64,000 bases of DNA. Source: Acidobacteriota bacterium. Its GTDB lineage: Bacteria; Acidobacteriota; Vicinamibacteria; Vicinamibacterales; JAKQTR01. The stretch is taken from positions 6,108 to 70,107 of the forward strand of contig JAPKZQ010000029.1 in NCBI GenBank assembly GCA_026393675.1, read 5' to 3'. The position numbers and the translations under genes are program-made. Of this stretch, positions 56,059-64,000 are shown in pieces (position 1 is the first letter of the stretch; each line of letters begins with the position of its first letter). Below the pieces are notes generated by a model that was given only the letters and a program-made list of their open reading frames with translations, did no database searches and was not told the origin of the DNA.

Positions 56059-56958
56059 ATGACATTTCAGCGAACGCTTCGGCATAAAGTGGCCTGTGCC
56101 GGCATCGGCCTCCACTCGGGACAAAAGGTGACTCTCGGTCTGAAGCCTGCTCCCGCAGACTCGGGGATCCGTTTTCGCCGGAGCGACCTGGGCACGGATA
56201 TTCCGGCCTCTGTGGTGCACTTGAGCGGGACCAACCACGCGACGGGGCTGTCCCGCAATGGGGCGACAGTCGACACGGTCGAGCACCTGCTGGCGGCGCT
56301 GGTCAGCCTGGGCATCGACAACGTGACGGTGGAACTGGATCGCAACGAAGTGCCGGTGATGGACGGCAGTGCGGCGCCATTCGTGTACCTGCTGCAGGAG
56401 GCCGGCACCAGGACGCTCAGTACGCCGCGCCGGTACCTGAAAGTGCTCAGGCCGATCACCGTGTCGCGGGGCGACAAGATGATGTCGCTCTACCCGGCCG
56501 AGAACTTCAAGGTCACCTACAGCATCAGCTTCGATCACCCGTTGCTGCGGCACCAGTCGCAGACATTCCAGGTGACCGAAGCGTCGTTTGTTGACGAGAT
56601 TGCGCCGGCCCGGACATTCGGCTTCCTGCACGAAGTCGAAATGTTGCGCCAGCAGGGGCTCGCGCTGGGCGGCTCGCTCGAAAACGCCATTGTCCTGAGC
56701 GAGACCGGCGTCCTCAACAACACGCTGCGGTTCGAGGACGAATTCGTGCGCCACAAGATCCTCGATGCGATTGGCGATCTGGCGCTTGTGGGATATCCGA
56801 TTCTTGGTCACCTGGTGGCCAACCGCGCCGGACACGCGCTGCACACGGCGTTTGCCAGGCAGTTGCTGTCAGAACCGGATGCGTGGAAGATCGTCGAGCT
56901 CCAGCCCGAATCGTCGTCGGTGGCGGTCCCGGCTGGCGTGCCCGTCCGGGCGAACTAG
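56059..56958 (+). CDS. lpxC: UDP-3-O-acyl-N-acetylglucosamine deacetylase
   Basis: MTFQRTLRHKVACAGIGLHSGQKV N-terminus and HK(I)LD...GDL zinc-site residues (FVRHKILDAIGDLAL). The antisense 288-aa ORF is an artefact. Confidence 0.9.
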   Translation: MTFQRTLRHKVACAGIGLHSGQKVTLGLKPAPADSGIRFRRSDLGTDIPASVVHLSGTNHATGLSRNGATVDTVEHLLAALVSLGIDNVTVELDRNEVPVMDGSAAPFVYLLQEAGTRTLSTPRRYLKVLRPITVSRGDKMMSLYPAENFKVTYSISFDHPLLRHQSQTFQVTEASFVDEIAPARTFGFLHEVEMLRQQGLALGGSLENAIVLSETGVLNNTLRFEDEFVRHKILDAIGDLALVGYPILGHLVANRAGHALHTAFARQLLSEPDAWKIVELQPESSSVAVPAGVPVRAN

Positions 56959-56964
56959 ACCCGC

Positions 56965-57234
56965 TCAGTCCTTCGACGCGAGCTTGCGCATGTACGAGCC
57001 GAGGCGCTCGTTCTCGTAGGTGACCGTGTTCAGGAACACGCTTTCCTGCAGGTAGGCGCGCCGTTCCTCGTCGGTCATCTGGTCGATGAGGAATCGGATC
57101 TCCCGCATCATGTCCTCGAACGATCGCTCGAGTTCGCGCTTAGCGGTGACCTCGTGGAAGAGCGTTTCCATGACGGTCAGCAAGTCGCCGTCGAGCGCGA
57201 TATCGGCACCCGTGCTGGTCTTGATGGTCCGCAT
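56965..57234 (-). CDS. Hypothetical 89-aa protein, last gene of the sigma/STAS operon
   Basis: Acidic, helical composition; ATG overlaps the upstream STAS stop. Confidence 0.4.
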   Translation of the reverse strand: MRTIKTSTGADIALDGDLLTVMETLFHEVTAKRELERSFEDMMREIRFLIDQMTDEERRAYLQESVFLNTVTYENERLGSYMRKLASKD

Positions 57235-57236
57235 GG

Positions 57237-57578
57237 CTACCCCTCGAAGCTGGTGAGCGCGCTGGCTTCGTCGGCGAACAACTGGATGAAGTTGTGCGCG
57301 CCCGTCATGGTGAGCATGGTCTCGACGCGTTTCTGCACAGAGGCGAGTTTCATCGCGCCGCCGGCGGCCGCCGCCTGGCGGTACAGGTCCATCAGGCAGC
57401 CGATCGTGGCGCTGTCGATGTAGACGACCGGAGACAGATCGACGACCAGCTTCCTGGTCCCCCCGGTGATGAGCGAGAGCACCGTGGCCGAGAAGTCGGA
57501 GAGCAGCGGGTACATCAGCCGGCTCTCACCCACGTGGATGACGGTGACGTCGCGGACGTGATCGATGGTGTGCTTCAT
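57237..57578 (-). CDS. STAS-domain protein (anti-sigma-factor antagonist, SpoIIAA-like)
   Basis: LVVDLSPVVYIDSATIGCLMDLYRQAAAAGGAMKLASV is the characteristic STAS core with the conserved Ser/Thr-containing loop (DSAT). Confidence 0.75.
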   Translation of the reverse strand: MKHTIDHVRDVTVIHVGESRLMYPLLSDFSATVLSLITGGTRKLVVDLSPVVYIDSATIGCLMDLYRQAAAAGGAMKLASVQKRVETMLTMTGAHNFIQLFADEASALTSFEG

Positions 57579-58210
57579 TCTCGTGCTCCAGACCGGCTTG
57601 GCTCGCTGGGGGCTGGCACCGGTCGCGATCGCTCGCGCAGGCGGCGAATCTGTCGCGCCAGCTCGTGGCGCCCTCTGTTGATCCGGGACTTGACGGTGCC
57701 TTCCGGCAACCCGAGCCGGTCGGCGATCTCCTGATACGACAGCTCCTGCATGTCGCGCATCACGACGGCCTCGCGCAATGTCTCAGGCAGGTGCTGCAGG
57801 GCCTCACGAAGTTGCTCGGCGAGGTCACGGCGTTCGAGCGCGACCAGCGGGCTCACGTCGGGGGATGCGGGCGCCAGGTCGTCGCTCCTGACGTCGCGGT
57901 CGATGGTCTCGCGTTCCTTCCGCACGCTGCGATAGTGATCGATGCAGAGGTTCCGGCTGACGCTGATGAGCCACGTCTGAAAATTCGCCCGCCGGTCGAA
58001 CGTGGCCAGCGATCGGAAGACCTTCAGGAACACATCCTGCGTCAAGTCCTCGGCCTCGTCGTGCCGGCCGACGAACTTGTACGCGACATTGAACACCCGC
58101 CGCCAGTACTGACGGACCACGGCCTCCCAGGCCGATTGGTCCCCCTGAAGGCAGCGTTCGATGAGGGCGTCGGATTCGAGCGACGCCGCTGTCGGTTCGT
58201 ACGGAGTCAT
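57575..58210 (-). CDS. ECF-type RNA polymerase sigma factor (sigma-70 regions 2 and 4)
   Basis: Region 2 (VVRQYWRRVFNVAYKFVGRHDEAEDLTQDVFLKVF) and region 4 (LSYQEIADRLGLPEGTVKSRINRGRHEL). Trimmed to the ATG at 58210. Confidence 0.8.
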   Translation of the reverse strand: MTPYEPTAASLESDALIERCLQGDQSAWEAVVRQYWRRVFNVAYKFVGRHDEAEDLTQDVFLKVFRSLATFDRRANFQTWLISVSRNLCIDHYRSVRKERETIDRDVRSDDLAPASPDVSPLVALERRDLAEQLREALQHLPETLREAVVMRDMQELSYQEIADRLGLPEGTVKSRINRGRHELARQIRRLRERSRPVPAPSEPSRSGARE

Positions 58211-58289
58211 TGCATCAGATAGCGTCACAGAGTACCGCACGGTCGGGGGGGTGTCAAACCGGCGCAGCCTCCGGTAAGATGCCTCAATT

Positions 58290-59531
58290 GTGACTGGATT
58301 CACCTATCGTGACGGCTCGTTGCAGTGTGATGAGATGTCGATCCCGGACATGGTCCGCGAGGTGGGCACGCCACTCTACGTCTACAGCGGCGGGGCCATT
58401 CGCGCCGCGTTTGCCGCGCTCGAAGCGGCGCTGGCGGGGTCGCACCACACCCTGCACTACGCGCTGAAAGCCAATTCCACCCTCGCCCTCCTGCGACTGC
58501 TCCGACGCCTGGGCGCCCACGCCGACGCCAATTCGGGCGGTGAGATCGAGGTGGCCATGCGGGCCGGGTTCGAGCCGGCCGAGATCGTGTTCACCGGGGT
58601 CGGCAAGACCCGCGATGAGCTCGATCACGCGGTGGCACTGGGCGTCAAGGCGATCAACATCGAATCCGACGGCGAAGCCGGTCGCATCGACGACCTCGCG
58701 CGGTCGCGCGGCGTCAAGGCGCGCGTGGCGCTCCGCGTCAATCCGGACATCGATCCGCATACGCACGCGCACATCTCGACCGGGCAGCGCTTCAACAAGT
58801 TCGGCGTGCCGATCGAGTACGCGCCGGCGCTGCTGCGCGACATGGCGCGTCGGCCTGGGCTCGATCCGGTCGGCCTGCACGTGCATCTCGGGTCGCAGAT
58901 CGTCGAGATGGAGCCGCTTGCCCGCGCAGCGCAGGCGCTCGCCCGGCTCGCGCGTGAGGCGCGGGACATGGGCCTGAGATTGCGGCACCTCGACCTCGGC
59001 GGCGGTCTTGGCATCGCCTATGACGGCGCGTCTCCGCCCGATCCGGTGCGGTACGCCGCGGCCATCGCGCCGATTGTGGAGGCATCCGGGCTCGATCTGC
59101 TGCTCGAGCCCGGACGCTACCTCGTTGGGCCGGCGGGCATTCTGGTCGGTCGCATCGCGGACCTCAAGTGCTACCCGGGCTCGCCGCGTTTCATGGTGCT
59201 CGACACGGGGATGACCGAACTTCTCCGTCCCGCGCTCTACGATGCCTATCATCGGATAGGGGCGGTGACGCCACGGGCAGGCGCCGAGCACGTGTACGAG
59301 GTGGTGGGTCCGCTTTGTGAGACCAGCGACACGCTCGGTCACGAGCGACGGTTCGGGCCCGTCGAGGTCGGTGATGCCATAGCGGTCTTCGATGCGGGGG
59401 CCTACGGGATCGTGATGGCGTCGAACTACAATCGACGCCGGCTGCCCGCCGAGGTGCTGGTCGACCAGGGGCGGAAGCAGATCATCCGTCAGCGTCAGAG
59501 CTATGACGATCTGATGGCGCGTGAAATGTAG
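58290..59531 (+). CDS. lysA: Diaminopimelate decarboxylase
   Basis: PLP fold-III decarboxylase motifs (HYALKANS, GGEIEVA, GGGLGIAY, EPGR, CESSD-like CETSDTL); GTG start. Confidence 0.9.
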   Translation: MTGFTYRDGSLQCDEMSIPDMVREVGTPLYVYSGGAIRAAFAALEAALAGSHHTLHYALKANSTLALLRLLRRLGAHADANSGGEIEVAMRAGFEPAEIVFTGVGKTRDELDHAVALGVKAINIESDGEAGRIDDLARSRGVKARVALRVNPDIDPHTHAHISTGQRFNKFGVPIEYAPALLRDMARRPGLDPVGLHVHLGSQIVEMEPLARAAQALARLAREARDMGLRLRHLDLGGGLGIAYDGASPPDPVRYAAAIAPIVEASGLDLLLEPGRYLVGPAGILVGRIADLKCYPGSPRFMVLDTGMTELLRPALYDAYHRIGAVTPRAGAEHVYEVVGPLCETSDTLGHERRFGPVEVGDAIAVFDAGAYGIVMASNYNRRRLPAEVLVDQGRKQIIRQRQSYDDLMAREM

Positions 59532-59664
59532 GGCTTCGACTCGCAATGACGGTTGCGTATGCTCGCGAGACGATCCGGCGAAGATGCTCGCTCAGCACCA
59601 AGTCCTGAGTGAATAGATTCGTTGCCGAGTTTATGAATCGAAGGACTTAGGGACAGAGGACGTG

Positions 59665-60258
59665 ATGACGGGACTGCTGATTGTCTTCGAAGGGCTCGAC
59701 CAGAGCGGCAAGGAAACGCAGGCGCGGTTGTTGCGACAGTGGTTCGAAACGTCCGGACGACGGGTCGAGTCGATCGCGTTCCCCGACTACACCTCGCCGA
59801 TTGGCCAGGAGATCCGCACGGCGCTGCACGGCGGACGCGACTACGCCGCCGATACGATCCAGTTGCTGCAGATCGCCAATCGCCATCAGTGGAAGCCGCA
59901 GATCGAGCGCTGGATGGCCGATGGGCGCGTGGTCATCAGCGATCGGTATGCCGCCTCGAGTGTCGCGTACGGTGAGGCGCAGGGGCTCGACCCGGCGTGG
60001 CTGACATCGACGCAGGTGTACCTGCCGCAGCCGTCGACAACCGTGCTGCTCGACATCGCTCCCGACGTGGCTGCCGCGCGCAAAGCCCAGAATCGCGACA
60101 ACTACGAGCGGGATCTCGCCATGCTCTCGCGCGTGCGCGTCAGCTATCTGCGCCAGGCCGCGCAACCAGGCTGGGTCGTGATCGACGCCGCCCGGCCGGT
60201 CGACGTGGTCGCCGCCGATGTCACTAGCGCCGTCTGGTCGCGACTCGCGCCGCGGTAA
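59665..60258 (+). CDS. tmk: Thymidylate kinase-like (dTMP kinase family)
   Basis: P-loop LIVFEGLDQSGKETQ and DRY motif (ISDRYAAS); AGAGGA RBS before the ATG at 59665. Confidence 0.8.
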   Translation: MTGLLIVFEGLDQSGKETQARLLRQWFETSGRRVESIAFPDYTSPIGQEIRTALHGGRDYAADTIQLLQIANRHQWKPQIERWMADGRVVISDRYAASSVAYGEAQGLDPAWLTSTQVYLPQPSTTVLLDIAPDVAAARKAQNRDNYERDLAMLSRVRVSYLRQAAQPGWVVIDAARPVDVVAADVTSAVWSRLAPR

Positions 60259-61093
60259 TCACCCGCACCTCTTTCGCGCCGGCACGCTTCACCACGCTGG
60301 CACATGCCTCGAGCGTGGCACCTGTGGTGCGCACGTCATCCACGAGGACAACCGTCAGGCCCTCGAGCGTCGTGGCCACACGACGCCGCAGCCAGGCGGG
60401 CCAGTGGCACTGGTCCCGCCGCCGGAGCGCGAACGCGCCGTCCACGTTGGCATGCCGCTCCCGGGCTGGAAGATCGACCTGTGGAAGGGTACGGCGCACC
60501 CGCCGGAGCAGGTGGCGGACGGGAAGGCCCAGGTGAGCCGCCAGCAACTCGGCTTGATTGAAGCCCCGCCAGTGGCGCCTCGACCAGTGCAGCGGCACTG
60601 GAACAGCGATGTCCGCACCGGCGAGTACCTCGGCGCCATGATGACGCATCAGACGGCCAAGCCGAGGGGCGACCGATTGACGCTTGCCGTACTTGAGCAC
60701 ATGGATGATGTCGCGCAACGCGCCGTCGTAACTGCCGATGGCGCGGGCGCGATCGACGGCGCCTCGACCAGGCGCGCAGCCCGCGCACACCCGCCGGTGA
60801 AAAGGGTTCGGGACACTCATCTCGATGTTGGACCGAAGAAAATGTTCCGAGCCCGTTTCATCCGCCGAAGCAGAAGCGGAGGCGGACGCATCGGTGGTTG
60901 CGTCACCCTCGAATACGGTAGCGCATCGGAGCCTTTCGAGACGCTGGCGGAGGGAGGGCAGGGGGTCACCGCACCGATCGCAGACGGGCGGTGTGGACGG
61001 CCGGATCGCCGACCAGCAGCCCTCGCAGATGGAGCCGTGCCGGAGGTGCTGAAGAACCGCGCCGCACGTGGCGCACGATGGGGCGAGCAGCAC
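60224..61093 (-). CDS. comF: ComF-family phosphoribosyltransferase (competence protein F / GntX-like)
   Basis: N-terminal double zinc-finger (CATCG...CEGCW...CDRCG) and C-terminal PRT motif VVLVDDVRTTGATL. The long ORF-track start overlaps rsfS, so I used the in-frame GTG at 61093 (VLLAPSCATCG). Confidence 0.65.
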   Translation of the reverse strand: MLLAPSCATCGAVLQHLRHGSICEGCWSAIRPSTPPVCDRCGDPLPSLRQRLERLRCATVFEGDATTDASASASASADETGSEHFLRSNIEMSVPNPFHRRVCAGCAPGRGAVDRARAIGSYDGALRDIIHVLKYGKRQSVAPRLGRLMRHHGAEVLAGADIAVPVPLHWSRRHWRGFNQAELLAAHLGLPVRHLLRRVRRTLPQVDLPARERHANVDGAFALRRRDQCHWPAWLRRRVATTLEGLTVVLVDDVRTTGATLEACASVVKRAGAKEVRVITAARVATRRR

Positions 61094-61148
61094 CAGCGCA
61101 GTGGCTTCGGCGGTTTGCGCGATGCGGTGCGCAAGGCTCCGCCACCTG

Positions 61149-61534
61149 TCAGGCGGGTGTCTCGGGCACGGTAGTGCGCTCGGCGCTGCCCCAGAGCCGC
61201 TCCAGGCTGTAGAAGCGGCGCTGATCAGCCGTAAAGACGTGCACGACGAAATCGAAGTAGTCGAGCAGGATCCAGTTCGATCGGTCATAACCCTCGACGT
61301 GCGCGGGTCGGGTGCCGGACGTGCCGAGCGTCATCTCGATCGCCTCGGCGATGGCCTTCACCTGCCGGGAATTCTGACCCGTGCAGATCAGGAAGTAGTC
61401 CGTGAATGACGACACCTCCCTGAGGTTCAGCGCCACCACGTCGGTGGCCTTCTTCCCGTAGGCGGCCCTGGCCGCCTGGAGGATGTCGTCGGGCAGCACG
61501 TGATCGGTCGACTCGCGTCGCGTCTGGGTTGTAG

Positions 61535-61538
<4 letters not shown>
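61149..61538 (-). CDS. rsfS: Ribosome silencing factor (Iojap family)
   Basis: DVVALNLREVSSFTDYFLICTGQNSRQVKAIAEAI matches the RsfS core; its start overlaps the nadD stop. Confidence 0.85.
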
Positions 61539-63820
<2,282 letters not shown>

Positions 63821-64000
63821 GATGTCCTCTTACGTCCGCGACCCGCGAAATTGAGACTGACATGAGAAATTGGGTCTGACCCCATTTTCCGTCATGAGCA
63901 GCGGGGCTTGGCCCCAATTCTCCTGCGGCGTCCGTACACACGAAAGCCACGGGTGTGGACCCCGTGGCCTGTCGGGCACTGACTACTCTTCGACGATCGG

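Noticed and set aside
55978-56844. 288-aa minus-strand ORF
   Set aside because: It is antisense to lpxC, which has a canonical N-terminus and zinc-site motifs.
60224-61288. Full-length 354-aa ComF ORF start
   Set aside because: Its first 46 codons overlap the rsfS coding region in another frame and are Ser/Thr-rich nonsense. The conserved ComF zinc-finger begins right after the in-frame GTG at 61093.

Overview
This is a high-GC (roughly 65-70%) bacterial chromosomal segment. The gene content suggests an Acidobacteriota- or Gemmatimonadota-like soil bacterium, but that is a guess from tricorn-like protease, many TPR/beta-propeller and PEGA proteins, Ser/Thr kinase and flotillin, not a database result. 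I support about 60 protein-coding genes. I found no rRNA, tRNA or CRISPR array by eye. Many long ORFs in the six-frame track lie antisense to the real genes and are GC-driven artefacts. Recognisable content, in window order:
- two paralogous two-component sensor kinases flanking an OmpR-type regulator and a TolB-like beta-propeller protein; the first kinase runs off the 5' edge of the window
- a tricorn-type S41 protease
- an OppBC-like permease pair followed by a polytopic Ser/Thr kinase
- a DapA-family enzyme, an aminotransferase and mtgA
- NlpC/P60, a Rieske protein, an HNH endonuclease and an APC permease
- a flotillin preceded by a micro-ORF
- TonB and PEGA proteins
- a three-subunit xanthine-dehydrogenase-family molybdoenzyme divergent from uvrA
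- a sensor kinase that appears disrupted, a CheY-like receiver and a hybrid kinase, directly upstream of flbD-motA-motB
- lpxC
- an ECF sigma factor followed by a STAS protein
- lysA, tmk, and comF-rsfS-nadD-obg.
The strongest candidate for an undescribed system is a minus-strand operon at 47996-53946. It runs speH (AdoMetDC), two zinc-ribbon DUF4178-like proteins, a micro-protein, a DUF350 protein, a membrane-fused spermidine-synthase-like protein and a Tat-exported FAD oxidoreductase. The window also carries a dispersed MITE/REP-like repeat of about 75 bp in four full copies plus one solo terminal hairpin, a second 30-bp hairpin repeat in two copies, and a 110-bp composite palindromic element.
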